NCBI GenBank assembly: GCA_964539655.1
Contig: CAZIJH010000002.1
Coordinates: forward strand, 8,741-72,740
Origin: an uncultured archaeon
Lineage (GTDB): Archaea; Aenigmatarchaeota; Aenigmatarchaeia; CG10238-14; SCSR01
Length of the DNA stretch: 64,000 nucleotides
Reading direction: 5' to 3'
Shown piece after piece: positions 1 to 9,159 of this stretch (positions are counted from its first letter, which is position 1; each line of letters begins with the position of its first letter). Made by a program: the position numbers and the translations under genes. A model generated the notes under the pieces. It did no database searches and was not told the DNA's origin. It worked only from the letters and a program-made list of their open reading frames with translations.

Positions 1-57
1 GAGGGAAAGGAAATTCTGAAAGAAGTTGTCAAGGAAATTTCCGGGCTGAAGAAGTAG
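1..57 (+). CDS. rpl7ae: 50S ribosomal protein L7Ae, 3' end (partial)
   Basis: Frame 1 reads EGKEILKEVVKEISGLKK*; position matches the conserved archaeal L7Ae-S28e-L24e order. Confidence 0.7.
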   Translation, partial: EGKEILKEVVKEISGLKK

Positions 58-69
58 GTGTGATTAGTT

Positions 70-279
70 GTGGCTCAAGAATCGGTCCCGGCTGAAGTTC
101 TGCAAGTTCTTGGAAGGACAGGAGTGCGCGGAGTCACGCAGGTGAGATGCAAGGTTTTGGACGGATCCGACAGGGGAAAAATTTTGACGAGAAACATAAC
201 AGGCCCGGTCAGAGTCGGAGACATTCTGATGCTTAGGGAAACAGAAATGGAAACAGCTGTCAGGATGGAAGCGAGGTAA
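70..279 (+). CDS. rps28e: 30S ribosomal protein S28e
   Basis: [38 protein letters not shown]. Confidence 0.97.
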   Translation: MAQESVPAEVLQVLGRTGVRGVTQVRCKVLDGSDRGKILTRNITGPVRVGDILMLRETEMETAVRMEAR

Positions 280-284
280 GCCGG

Positions 285-440
285 ATGAAATGCTCATTTT
301 GCGGAACAGACATCAGGCGAGGAACAGGAAAGATGTTTGTGAAGAACACCGGAGAGCTTTCATATTTTTGCTCGAGCAAGTGCGAGAAGAACAACGCGAT
401 GGGAAGAAACTCGAAAAAACTGAAGTGGGCAAAGAAGTAA
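285..440 (+). CDS. rpl24e: 50S ribosomal protein L24e (51 aa, not in ORF track)
   Basis: Manual translation [42 protein letters not shown]. Confidence 0.95.
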   Translation: MKCSFCGTDIRRGTGKMFVKNTGELSYFCSSKCEKNNAMGRNSKKLKWAKK

Positions 441-477
441 ATCCCTTTTTCTGTCAATATAGTTAAGAATAGTTTAC

Positions 478-552
478 GGGCCAGTAGATCAGTCCGGTTA
501 GATCGTTCGCATGGCATGCGAAAGGCCTCGGGTTCAAATCCCGACTGGTCCA
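478..552 (+). tRNA. tRNA-Ala(GGC)
   Basis: Acceptor GGGCCAG/CTGGTCC with G3:U70, anticodon arm TTCGC-ATGGCAT-GCGAA, T loop GGTTCAAATCC; CCA not encoded. Confidence 0.95.
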
Positions 553-559
553 CAAATAT

Positions 560-1336
560 TCAAAAGAATCTCCACTGATTATCATTCTTAGTTGCATAAG
601 AGCCGTCTTCTCTGCATTCCAAAAGAGGGAACTGGTATTTGTTGTATTCCAACGGGGACGTCAACCCGTCTGATTCTCTGATCGTTCCCGAACCGCACAA
701 ATAATAAATTTCATTGTATCCTTTCTGCTTCAGGTACCTGCCAGCCGCTCTCAACGTATCGCCCTCCGAGATGCATTCATCGACAACCAGAACAGGCCTG
801 CCCGGATTTTCCTCTAAAATTTTGGTTTCGGATTTTGGGATATACAGTCCCGGTGGAACAATTTTCCCGCTTTCGAATGTGGACTCGTACCCTTCCCTGC
901 AATTGCTGAGCAGCACCATGCCATGCGACTTGTTCAATTTTCGCAGATAGGATTCAACCAAAGAAGAATACGGCAGTCCGGAGACCAGCACGGAAACTGT
1001 CAGATATTTGCCCGGCAAATTGCCAGCAGGATTTTCTTCGACCGCTCTCTTCAAACTAAGGAAGGATGTTGGACAGATGCTGATAATTTTGCGCCCTCCG
1101 GAAGAATACAACAGGGTGTCGCTGCATTCCAGACATATTTTATCCTGAACGGCGTCCCCGAACAAAACAGAGTTTTGTTTAATCTGGCTCACAATTTTTT
1201 CTTTCGACTGCTCGTCCAAATTGGAAGAAGGGTCGAACAAACTGTACCAACGGGCGCGCAATTGGTCCAAATCCATATAAGTTTCGTATAGTCTCATCAG
1301 TTCGTTCAAAAACAGAATGTCCTGTTCCTTCGACAT
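560..1336 (-). CDS. Phosphoribosyltransferase-fold protein with unknown N-terminal region
   Basis: PRPP-binding-like motif VLVVDECISEGDTLRAA; start set at ATG MSKEQ. Confidence 0.65.
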   Translation of the reverse strand: MSKEQDILFLNELMRLYETYMDLDQLRARWYSLFDPSSNLDEQSKEKIVSQIKQNSVLFGDAVQDKICLECSDTLLYSSGGRKIISICPTSFLSLKRAVEENPAGNLPGKYLTVSVLVSGLPYSSLVESYLRKLNKSHGMVLLSNCREGYESTFESGKIVPPGLYIPKSETKILEENPGRPVLVVDECISEGDTLRAAGRYLKQKGYNEIYYLCGSGTIRESDGLTSPLEYNKYQFPLLECREDGSYATKNDNQWRFF

Positions 1337-1442
1337 TGTTGTAAGATGTCCGAAAAGGTTTAAATTATTGACTAAAAATGTCTTTGGCAAACCTTTAAAA
1401 ATTCTCCATTCTTATTATACTTACATTATATAGTGTGATAGA

Positions 1443-2063
1443 ATGGCGAAAGGAAAAGCAAAGGACTTGGACAAAGCCGAGGAAAAAAAGGAAGAGAAGA
1501 AAGAGGAGAAGCCTAAGAAGCTCGACAAAAAAGTCGAAGCTGTTTCTCTTGTCCGTCTCGTAGGAACCGATCTCAATGGTGACAAGTCCGTATTGAATGC
1601 AATCAAAAATGTCAAAGGTGTCAGCCACGCGATGGCGAAGGCCGTATGCAACGTTTCCGGAATGGACTGCAGCGTGAAGCTAAACACTCTGGACGAATCC
1701 CAACTGAAAAAATTCGAAGAGATAATCAAGGACCCTATAAAATTCGGAATTCCCAATTTTTTGGTGAACAGGAAAATCGATGTGGAAACCGGTCAGACAA
1801 TGCATCTCACGGGATCCGACCTGACGGTAGCCAACAAGTTCGACATCCAGAGATACGTTGATTTGAAAAATTATCGCGGATGGAGGCACGTTTTGGGACA
1901 GCCAGTTCGCGGACAGAAGACACGCTCGCACTTCAGGCAGAAGGGACGCGTTGTCGGAGTCATGAGAAAGGCGATCAAGCTGCAGATGGGCGGAAAGTCT
2001 GCGGAAGCCGGAGCGGCCGCTCCAGCTGCACCAGCAGCGGCGAAGAAGGAAGAGAAGAAGTGA
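1443..2063 (+). CDS. rps13: 30S ribosomal protein S13 (uS13)
   Basis: LVRLVGTDLNG, YRGWRH..GQPVRGQKTRS. Confidence 0.97.
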   Translation: MAKGKAKDLDKAEEKKEEKKEEKPKKLDKKVEAVSLVRLVGTDLNGDKSVLNAIKNVKGVSHAMAKAVCNVSGMDCSVKLNTLDESQLKKFEEIIKDPIKFGIPNFLVNRKIDVETGQTMHLTGSDLTVANKFDIQRYVDLKNYRGWRHVLGQPVRGQKTRSHFRQKGRVVGVMRKAIKLQMGGKSAEAGAAAPAAPAAAKKEEKK

Positions 2064-2067
2064 TCGG

Positions 2068-2550
2068 ATGAAGAGATCGAGAAAAAAATACGAGACGCCG
2101 GGACGCCCGTTCGACAAGCAGAGAATCGAGGTAGAGAACAAGCTGATGAAAGCCTACGGACTGAAAACCAAAAAAGATCTTTGGGTGATGGAAGCCCTGC
2201 TCAGAAAATACAGAAGGCTCGCCAGGGAGCTTGCCGCGAAAAAAGACAAGGAAAGGGAGATTCTAATTGTAGAGAAAATGATAAAGCTCGGACTGATAAA
2301 CCAGGGATCTCATCTCGACGACATACTCGGGATGAATATCAACAACGTGCTCGAAAGAAGGTTGCAGACGGTCGTCTTCAGAAAGGGGATCGCGAACAGC
2401 GTAAACCATGCAAGACAACTTATTGTGCACGGAAAAATTTCAGTCGAGGGAAAGAAAGTGAAATATCCAAGTTATATAACTTCGAGGGACGAGGAAGCTA
2501 AACTCCAGAATCTTTCAACTGAATCAAGCAAGGTGACGAAGAATGCCTAA
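2068..2550 (+). CDS. rps4: 30S ribosomal protein S4 (uS4)
   Basis: [31 protein letters not shown]. Confidence 0.97.
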   Translation: MKRSRKKYETPGRPFDKQRIEVENKLMKAYGLKTKKDLWVMEALLRKYRRLARELAAKKDKEREILIVEKMIKLGLINQGSHLDDILGMNINNVLERRLQTVVFRKGIANSVNHARQLIVHGKISVEGKKVKYPSYITSRDEEAKLQNLSTESSKVTKNA

Positions 2551-2935
2551 GGAAGAGAAATGGGGAGTCGCCCACGTGTTTTCGACAGCGAACAACACTC
2601 TGATACACATAACAGACCAGACAGGATCGGAAACTATTTCCCGTTATTCGTCAGGAATGATGACCGACAAGGACAGAGAGGGAGGAAATCCATTCCCTGC
2701 GATGCTAGCCGCGAAGAAGGCCGGAGAGGAAGCAATAATGAAAGGTATAACCGGCGTGCACATACTTGTCAGGGCAAAGGGAGGAACAAAATCAAAATCC
2801 CCCGGAGCAGGAGCCCAGCCCGCGATCCGTGCGCTCGCAAGAGTGGGACTGAGGATCGGGATGATCGAAGACGTTACTCCGGTTATACACGGAAAGATGC
2901 GCGCCAAAGGCGGAAGGCGTGGAAGAAGAGTATAA
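2543..2935 (+). CDS. rps11: 30S ribosomal protein S11 (uS11)
   Basis: [37 protein letters not shown]. Confidence 0.97.
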   Translation: MPKEEKWGVAHVFSTANNTLIHITDQTGSETISRYSSGMMTDKDREGGNPFPAMLAAKKAGEEAIMKGITGVHILVRAKGGTKSKSPGAGAQPAIRALARVGLRIGMIEDVTPVIHGKMRAKGGRRGRRV

Positions 2936-2985
2936 ACTTTAAATTGGTTCAAAAACCTAATCTACAGTTATTGACGTGATTCAAG

Positions 2986-3597
2986 ATGAAAATAAACGTG
3001 CTCGAAAAAAACGGAATGGAAATGAAATTCTCGGTCGAGGGAATAAAGGATTCTTTCGCGTCGGCATTGAGAAGAATTATGATGACCGAAGTTTCCACCA
3101 TGGCAGTCGAGTTTGTAGATTTTAAGAAAAACGATTCGGCGCTGAACGACGAGATCATTGCGAACAGGATCGGACTCATCCCTCTCACTTTTGACAAGGA
3201 CGCTTACAACCTTCCGAAAGAATGCAAGTGCGAAGGCAAGGGATGCAGCAACTGCCAGGTTAAAATGGTTTTGAAAAAAGTCGGGCCCGCTGTTGTTTAT
3301 TCGGGAGACTTCAAGTCGACTGCGAAAGATGTGAAGCCAGTGTTCGACAAGATCCCGATAACGGAACTTTTCGAGGGGCAGGAGATACAACTTGAAGCAA
3401 CCGCACAACTCGGATTCGGGCGCGAGCATGCGAAGTGGCAGGGAGCAGTAGTCGGATACAAGCAGGAAAAGGATTCGTTTGTTTTCAATGTCGAGAGCGT
3501 TTCCGGAAGGCCGGTCGACGAACTGGTTATCGAGTCAGGAAAGATTCTCGAGCAGAAATTCGCCGACTTCGGCAAAGCAGTGAAGAAATTAAAATAG
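2986..3597 (+). CDS. rpoD: DNA-directed RNA polymerase subunit Rpo3 (D)
   Basis: ALRRIMMTEV, NDSALNDEIIANRIGLIPL, HAKWQ. Confidence 0.96.
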   Translation: MKINVLEKNGMEMKFSVEGIKDSFASALRRIMMTEVSTMAVEFVDFKKNDSALNDEIIANRIGLIPLTFDKDAYNLPKECKCEGKGCSNCQVKMVLKKVGPAVVYSGDFKSTAKDVKPVFDKIPITELFEGQEIQLEATAQLGFGREHAKWQGAVVGYKQEKDSFVFNVESVSGRPVDELVIESGKILEQKFADFGKAVKKLK

Positions 3598-3621
3598 ATT
3601 CTAATTCCATATTCTAATTAC

Positions 3622-3747
3622 GCAGGGGTCGCCTAGGCTGGCAATGGCGCAGGACTTAAGTTATACGCGACTTAAGTGTTGAACAAAAGATGATATGAGA
3701 AATCCTGTGGGTTAGTCCCTTCGAGGGTTCAAATCCCTCTCCCTGCA
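3622..3747 (+). tRNA. tRNA-Leu(TAA) with 41-nt intron at 37/38 (3661-3701)
   Basis: Acceptor GCAGGGG/TCCCTGC, anticodon stem CAGGA/TCCTG, long variable arm, canonical BHB (CTTA:TGAG helix, AG|T and AA|A bulges). Confidence 0.92.
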
Positions 3748-3749
3748 CT

Positions 3750-4133
3750 TTATTTTTTTGAAAATTTTGATTTAGCATCCGCATCGAATTCAAAATAATT
3801 GCAAGTTATTTCCTCTCCTTTCTGGATATCTTTGCTAGCATATGTGAAATCTTCATCGACAGGATTATCTGTATTTGGATTTTCTGCATGGTTGAAAAAT
3901 CTTGCATCGTCAACACAAATAACATAGCCTCCTTTCTTTGCATCGTAATAGCCGAAATGCAGAACAAATGATTTGTCGATTTTCGAAAGCTTATTCAGTC
4001 TATCTTTTTTGATTACAAAATCCAATCCTTTCACAAATTTCCAGACAATTTTTCCTTTAGGAATAAATTCTCCAGCAAACAATCCGATCCCATCAATCCG
4101 GCTTTTATCAATATAAGTTCTGACTTGAAGCAT
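3750..4133 (-). CDS. SET-domain lysine methyltransferase
   Basis: GIGLFA..IPKG, ARFFNH..NPN, DIQKGEEITCNY. Confidence 0.9.
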   Translation of the reverse strand: MLQVRTYIDKSRIDGIGLFAGEFIPKGKIVWKFVKGLDFVIKKDRLNKLSKIDKSFVLHFGYYDAKKGGYVICVDDARFFNHAENPNTDNPVDEDFTYASKDIQKGEEITCNYFEFDADAKSKFSKK

Positions 4134-4190
4134 AATACAAAAATAGCTTTCCAATTTAAAATTTATTTATTCATACTGCCAAAGTTACTT

Positions 4191-4340
4191 ATGGCTGTTG
4201 CAGGAATCTGTGCTAGCTGCGGAAGACCTGCGATCGGACTTTTCACCTGCCATTCATGTGGATCGAAAGTGTGCCCGCAATGCGTGATACCCGCGAGCAG
4301 CTTCTGCAAAATTTGTCAGGGAAGGAAAATGGTGAAGTGA
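4191..4340 (+). CDS. Small Cys-rich zinc-finger protein
   Basis: Four CxxC pairs in 49 aa (CASC, CHSC, CPQC, CKIC). Confidence 0.7.
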   Translation: MAVAGICASCGRPAIGLFTCHSCGSKVCPQCVIPASSFCKICQGRKMVK

Positions 4341-4588
4341 CTTACGAAATCGTCGTTGGAATAGTCGGCGCAGGTTTTGTAATTCTCTCGTTTTTGCAGA
4401 AATCAATAAAGCTGACATACGGGCTGAACAGCGTCGGATGCATTTTCCTGCTTGCGTACTCGTACATTCTTTCGAACTGGGTGTTCGTCGGACTCAACGG
4501 AATGATATTTTTAATTACCGCGTACGATTTCATGCATTGGAAAAGAAAAGGATTTTCGAAAATTTACCACAAGCACAAACTGCAGTAA
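4337..4588 (+). CDS. Small three-TM membrane protein
   Basis: GTG overlaps upstream stop (GTGA); hydrophobic segments. Confidence 0.6.
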   Translation: MTYEIVVGIVGAGFVILSFLQKSIKLTYGLNSVGCIFLLAYSYILSNWVFVGLNGMIFLITAYDFMHWKRKGFSKIYHKHKLQ

Positions 4589-4597
4589 ACAATTAAT

Positions 4598-4954
4598 TTA
4601 GAATTTCATCAAACTGTCCACAAGCTTCTTCGTCGCTTCCTGTGAGTCTTCGCTCGTAGGCTTTATCAGATCGCTGACCATCCTCTCGATGACTTTTCTC
4701 TTCTCGGCCTCTCCGACAGAAACAATAGCAGTCCAAGGCTCCTTCAATTTTCCGACCATTTCACGAGTCTCGTCGAGCTGCTTTTTCATTTCGATGAGAG
4801 CTGTCCACAACTGAGAAATTTTTACGTCGTCGGCCTGAATGTAGGCTCCCTTGTGCCTCTTTGTCAAATACAAAAGACCCTCGAGAACTTCTCTCGACTC
4901 GTCTGTAAGAAGGTTTTTCCATTCTTCCTTTTCGTCGTCAGAAAGCCAACTCAT
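4598..4954 (-). CDS. Hypothetical helical protein
   Basis: ATG MSWLSDDEK; the longer ORF in the track overlaps slyD antisense. Confidence 0.65.
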   Translation of the reverse strand: MSWLSDDEKEEWKNLLTDESREVLEGLLYLTKRHKGAYIQADDVKISQLWTALIEMKKQLDETREMVGKLKEPWTAIVSVGEAEKRKVIERMVSDLIKPTSEDSQEATKKLVDSLMKF

Positions 4955-5041
4955 ACTTCTTTTTGTATGACTTGTTAAATTTAAATCCTTAATTGCAATA
5001 ATGAATTTAACTAAAAAGCAAAAATTTAAAAGTTGAACAAG

Positions 5042-5707
5042 ATGCAGACAGGAGATTTCGTTTCTATTGATTTTGTCGGAAGAGTGAAGGATACAAGGGA
5101 AATTTTCGATCTTACTTTCGAGGACGTTGCCAAAAAAGAAAATATCTACAATCCAAAAATAAAATACGAGCCGATAACGGTAGTCGTCGGCGCAGGTTTC
5201 GTAATTGTCGGACTTGACGACGCGATGAAAGAAATGAAAGTCGGCGAGAGGAAGACGATCGAGGTCGAGCCCGCGAAAGGATTCGGCGAGAGGAAGCCCG
5301 AGCTTGTCAGACTCATTCCACTTTCCTCGTTCAAGGACCAGAACACAGATCCCACTCCGGGAAGCTACGTAAGCATCAACGGAATCAACGGAAGGATTGT
5401 CAGCTCGGGCGGAGGAAGAATCAGTGTTGATTTCAATCACCCTCTTGCGGGCAAGAAACTGGAATACGACATCGAGATCAAGAAACTCGTGACGGACACT
5501 AATGAAAAAGTAAAATCAATTGTCGCTTATTTTGCAAACCTGGAAAAGGACGGCGTCGAGGTCGCGCTGAAAGAGAAGGAAGCCGAAGTGAAAATCAAGG
5601 GGAAGTCCGAGCTGAAAACCGAAGGAAAGAAACTCATCGCGGACAGGATCATCGAATGGGTGAAGGAAGTCGAGAAAGTAAGGTTCGTCGAAGAGTTCGG
5701 CAAATAA
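5042..5707 (+). CDS. slyD: FKBP-type peptidyl-prolyl isomerase (long archaeal SlyD type)
   Basis: GDFVSIDFVG, IFDLT, VDFNHPLAGKKL. Confidence 0.93.
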   Translation: MQTGDFVSIDFVGRVKDTREIFDLTFEDVAKKENIYNPKIKYEPITVVVGAGFVIVGLDDAMKEMKVGERKTIEVEPAKGFGERKPELVRLIPLSSFKDQNTDPTPGSYVSINGINGRIVSSGGGRISVDFNHPLAGKKLEYDIEIKKLVTDTNEKVKSIVAYFANLEKDGVEVALKEKEAEVKIKGKSELKTEGKKLIADRIIEWVKEVEKVRFVEEFGK

Positions 5708-5768
5708 TATAAATGAATTTATCTTTGTTTCGCGGAATTAGTTATATTCTGTTCACTGGAATGATTTG

Positions 5769-6863
5769 ATGGGAATAAGACAGCTATCTGAAAAGCAGAC
5801 TGAATCGCGCAACAGTCAGGCCGACGAGGAATTGCGAGAGATTCTCGAGAGAAAGAAGACCCAGATAAAAGTCGTCGGATGCGGCGGAGCCGGTAACAAC
5901 ACGATTACGCGACTGAACCAAGTCGGAATTTTTGGAGCAGAAACAATCGCAGTCAACACCGACGCGCAGGATCTTCTTTACACGGATGCCGACAAAAAAA
6001 TTCTGATCGGGCGTGAGCTGACTTCCGGGCTGGGAGCCGGCGCGGATCCGCAGATCGGAATGGAGGCTGCGAAAGAAAGCAAGGACGAAATAAAGCACGC
6101 GCTGCAGGGTGCGGACATGGTGTTCCTAACATGCGGAATGGGCGGAGGTACCGGTACCGGATCAATTTCAGTTGTTGCTGATGTCGCGAAAAAACTTGGC
6201 GCGCTCACTGTGGCGATTGTGACATTGCCGTTCTCGATGGAAGGAAAGCACAGGGCAGCGAACGCGAGATTCGGGATCGATAATTTGGAGAATGTCGTCG
6301 ACACGATGATAGTTATACCGAACGACAAGCTCGTCGAAATAGTTCCTGATGTCCGGGTCGAAACTGCGTTCAAAGTCGCAGACGAAATTTTAGTAAATGC
6401 AGTTAAAGGGATCGCCGAACTTGTTACCAAACCTGGTCTGGTAAATCTAGATTTTGCAGACGTGCGCGCAGTTATGGGCCACGCAGGAATAGCGTTGATA
6501 GGCATGGGCGAAAGCGACACCGAAAACAGGGCGTTTGAAGCTGTTGAAAAGGCGCTCAACAATCCTCTTCTCAGCATCGACGTCGAAGGAGGTAATGGTG
6601 CGTTGGTGAACGTCATAGGCGGGCCTGATGTGACAGTAAGAGAATCGCAGCAGATAGTCGAGGCAGTTTCGTCAAGGCTTGCGCCCGACGCGAAAGTCAT
6701 ATGGGGAACGCAGATCGACAAATCTCTCGGCGACACCGTCAGGGCGATGCTCGTAATTACCGGAGTGAAAGCTCCCCACATATTCGGCCAGGACAAATCG
6801 TACGGAAAGACCGTCAAGAAAAAAGCGATCGAGGAAGAGCTCGGCGTGGAATTCGTCGAGTGA
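5769..6863 (+). CDS. ftsZ: Cell division protein FtsZ
   Basis: [24 protein letters not shown]. Confidence 0.98.
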   Translation: MGIRQLSEKQTESRNSQADEELREILERKKTQIKVVGCGGAGNNTITRLNQVGIFGAETIAVNTDAQDLLYTDADKKILIGRELTSGLGAGADPQIGMEAAKESKDEIKHALQGADMVFLTCGMGGGTGTGSISVVADVAKKLGALTVAIVTLPFSMEGKHRAANARFGIDNLENVVDTMIVIPNDKLVEIVPDVRVETAFKVADEILVNAVKGIAELVTKPGLVNLDFADVRAVMGHAGIALIGMGESDTENRAFEAVEKALNNPLLSIDVEGGNGALVNVIGGPDVTVRESQQIVEAVSSRLAPDAKVIWGTQIDKSLGDTVRAMLVITGVKAPHIFGQDKSYGKTVKKKAIEEELGVEFVE

Positions 6864-6909
6864 AAAAGTTTTATAAATACTTCTCTTCAACTATAGATGA
6901 GAGCTGGTT

Positions 6910-7083
6910 ATGGCTTTGAACATCAAGGAGACATTGGAGAATTACAGAAGGGTTCTTGCAGTCAGCAGGAAGCCAACGATGGATGACTACAAGCTTACCG
7001 CAAAAATCAGCGCGGTCGGCATGATAGCGGTCGGCCTCGTCGGATTCGTAATCTATCTCTTGTCTGTCCTGTTCATAGGCTGA
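6910..7083 (+). CDS. secE: Protein translocase subunit SecE/Sec61-gamma (57 aa, not in ORF track)
   Basis: Manual translation YRRVLAVSRKPTMDDY..GMIAVGLVGFVIYL; between ftsZ and spt5. Confidence 0.93.
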   Translation: MALNIKETLENYRRVLAVSRKPTMDDYKLTAKISAVGMIAVGLVGFVIYLLSVLFIG

Positions 7084-7108
7084 AATCGGAAATTGGAGAA
7101 AAAATAAA

Positions 7109-7552
7109 ATGATATTCACATTGAAGACAGTCGTGGGAAGAGAGAACATAGTCATCGAGTCGGTAGCATCGAAAGCAAAGACCGAGAACATACAGATCCA
7201 GTCTCTGATACATCCGCAGGAAATAAAGGGATACGTGTTTATCGAAGGCGAACTCAGCGATGTCGAGAGGGCCGCTCAGTCCGTCCCTCACGTGAGAGGA
7301 ATAATAAAGAATCCGATCGAGATGAAGCAGATCCAGAGATTCCTGCAGCCGAAGACGATCGTCATAGAGCTCAATGTTGGAGACGTGGTCGAGGTTGTCG
7401 GTGGACCTTTCAAGGGAGAGAAAGGAAAAGTAACGAGATACGACAAAGTGAAGCGCGAGGTCACGATAGAACTTTTGGAAGTGACAGTTCCGATTCCGGT
7501 CACGGTCTCCGTAGAATTCGTGAGAGTCATCGAAAAAATCGGAGCCAAATAG
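7109..7552 (+). CDS. spt5: Transcription elongation factor Spt5/NusG
   Basis: KGYVFIE, KOW motif GDVVEVVGGPFKGEKGKV. Confidence 0.97.
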   Translation: MIFTLKTVVGRENIVIESVASKAKTENIQIQSLIHPQEIKGYVFIEGELSDVERAAQSVPHVRGIIKNPIEMKQIQRFLQPKTIVIELNVGDVVEVVGGPFKGEKGKVTRYDKVKREVTIELLEVTVPIPVTVSVEFVRVIEKIGAK

Positions 7553-7593
7553 GATTTAAATTGTTGCAAACAATTAATTCGAGATGATTTTAG

Positions 7594-8091
7594 ATGCCGA
7601 GAAAAGAAATTTTGGATTTGCTTATTGAAGGCGGGAAGGCCGCTCCTGGTCCAGCCACTGCTCCGAAATTGTCCGCATTGAAAGTAAACATCGGTGACCT
7701 TTTCAAGAAAGTAAACGACGCGACTAAGGACTACGCCGGAATGCAGGTTCCGGTGAAAGTGGAAATTGACAGGGATACGAAATTATTCGAAGTGAAAGTC
7801 GGAACTCCTCCGGTCTCCAGCCTGATAAAAAAGGAAATGGGAGTCGATCTCGCGAAAATAACCGAGGAAGAAAAAACGAAGGGGAAAGTTTCAGTCGGAG
7901 ATTTGAAAATGGATCAAGTTGTTAAGATTGCCAAAATGAAACAGGGTGCTCTGCTCGCGAAAGATTTGAAAGCGGCCGTGAAACAAATTCTCGGAACAGC
8001 CGCGAGCATGCCGATGACTGTCGAGGGTAGAAAGAGCAAGGAACTGATAAAGGAAGTTGACGAAGGCAAGTGGGATTCCGTAATTAGCTAA
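7594..8091 (+). CDS. rpl11: 50S ribosomal protein L11 (uL11)
   Basis: GGKAAPGP, GMQVPVKV, GTPPVSSLIKKE. Confidence 0.96.
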   Translation: MPRKEILDLLIEGGKAAPGPATAPKLSALKVNIGDLFKKVNDATKDYAGMQVPVKVEIDRDTKLFEVKVGTPPVSSLIKKEMGVDLAKITEEEKTKGKVSVGDLKMDQVVKIAKMKQGALLAKDLKAAVKQILGTAASMPMTVEGRKSKELIKEVDEGKWDSVIS

Positions 8092-8159
8092 TTCTATGTT
8101 TCCCAATTTTTTAAAATATCAAATTTATAATTGTCTGCTAACTTTGGACGAACCAAAAG

Positions 8160-8366
8160 TTAGAATACAATGTTCTCTTCCAAAATATTAGCAATCCCTC
8201 CGCAATTCCTGATCCATATCGCGATTTTCATCAGCTCCTTGATGTTGTCGGACTTCCAGACGGAATTCTGCATCTTCTTCGCATCAATCGATTTCAAAAG
8301 ACGGTTGACCTTAATAGCCAGAATCGACTGGCCTTTCGGGATATCGAATAATAACAAATAGCTCAT
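8160..8366 (-). CDS. Stand-alone Cas2/VapD/PaaX-middle-domain-like protein
   Basis: YLLLFDIP and KMQNSVW match the Cas2-like fold pattern. Confidence 0.65.
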   Translation of the reverse strand: MSYLLLFDIPKGQSILAIKVNRLLKSIDAKKMQNSVWKSDNIKELMKIAIWIRNCGGIANILEENIVF

Positions 8367-8421
8367 AAAGTGTTAAAAGTATGACAAATACATATAAAGA
8401 TTTGTATTATTTACAGGTCAA

Positions 8422-9072
8422 TTATTTCTTATAAACTATTTCTCGAATCCTTCTATCATGTTCCAACCTTGAGACTCCCCAATACGTGAGCATCAATTCC
8501 CCGAGCAAATTTTGCCCCAAGAACATGTCTAAAATTTTCGAATCTTTATCGTCGTGGAAATAGCCAACCAGACACGTATACGGATCGTGATTTATTTTAT
8601 CGCCATCGGCGTGCGACGTAATCTTGATCGCTCTTACAGCCGGCATCCAGTTTCTTCTTCCAAATTTGTAAAACATTGCCTGGACATCGCTCGGATCAAA
8701 ACGCCTGCCATAACTCAACAAAATACTTGTTTCCGCGGTTTCCCTGTTAATGGATTGTATCGACGTATCCGAATCCTCGTATCCAAATCCATGAAGCCCG
8801 CTTGTCCAAAATTTTCTCAGATGATTCATGTTATGATGAGACAGACCAAAAGGAATTTTGACACAATACTGCTTGGTCAACTTTGACAAGTTGTTGTAGT
8901 TATTCGGACTGTGTGGAAAGGATTTCGGAAACTGAATGAAATGCGCCTTTATCCCGTGTTTTTCGACAACGTGCTCCTCTTTGCCTCCATCAATTTTCGG
9001 GACATTTATCCAAGCCTTCCGACCATTTTTTTCGTAGGCCCTTTTTTGGGATTCTGCGACCAGCAATGACAT
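8422..9072 (-). CDS. Hypothetical protein
   Basis: 216-aa ORF filling the gap; no motif recognised. Confidence 0.6.
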   Translation of the reverse strand: MSLLVAESQKRAYEKNGRKAWINVPKIDGGKEEHVVEKHGIKAHFIQFPKSFPHSPNNYNNLSKLTKQYCVKIPFGLSHHNMNHLRKFWTSGLHGFGYEDSDTSIQSINRETAETSILLSYGRRFDPSDVQAMFYKFGRRNWMPAVRAIKITSHADGDKINHDPYTCLVGYFHDDKDSKILDMFLGQNLLGELMLTYWGVSRLEHDRRIREIVYKK

Positions 9073-9123
9073 GATTATCGAATAACAGAGAAACTTTTTA
9101 AAGGTTGAGCTACAACTAGATTT

Positions 9124-9153
9124 ACCCGCAAGTCACTGCTTCGGCAGGAGGGT
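9124..9153 (+). promoter_or_regulatory. Putative L1 translational autoregulatory RNA element
   Basis: ACCC-GCAAGTCA-CTGC-TTCG-GCAG-GA-GGGT: two stems, asymmetric internal loop, sequesters the SD just before rpl1. Confidence 0.55.
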
Positions 9154-9159
9154 CGTAAC

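Noticed and set aside
509..520. A32-U38 pair in the tRNA-Ala anticodon loop
   Set aside because: Known feature of tRNA-Ala(GGC)
260..553. 97-aa minus-strand ORF
   Set aside because: Antisense to rpl24e and tRNA-Ala
478..4133. Integrated element bounded by tRNA att sites
   Set aside because: No integrase and no duplicated tRNA 3' end seen; the interior is core genes
4955..5440. N-terminal extension of the 280-aa ORF
   Set aside because: Antisense shadow of slyD; real start more likely at 4954
5978..6817. 279-aa minus-strand ORF and similar long antisense ORFs elsewhere
   Set aside because: Shadows of well-supported genes caused by codon bias
8092..9120. CRISPR-Cas locus around the Cas2-like gene
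   Set aside because: No repeat-spacer array or other cas gene seen in the window
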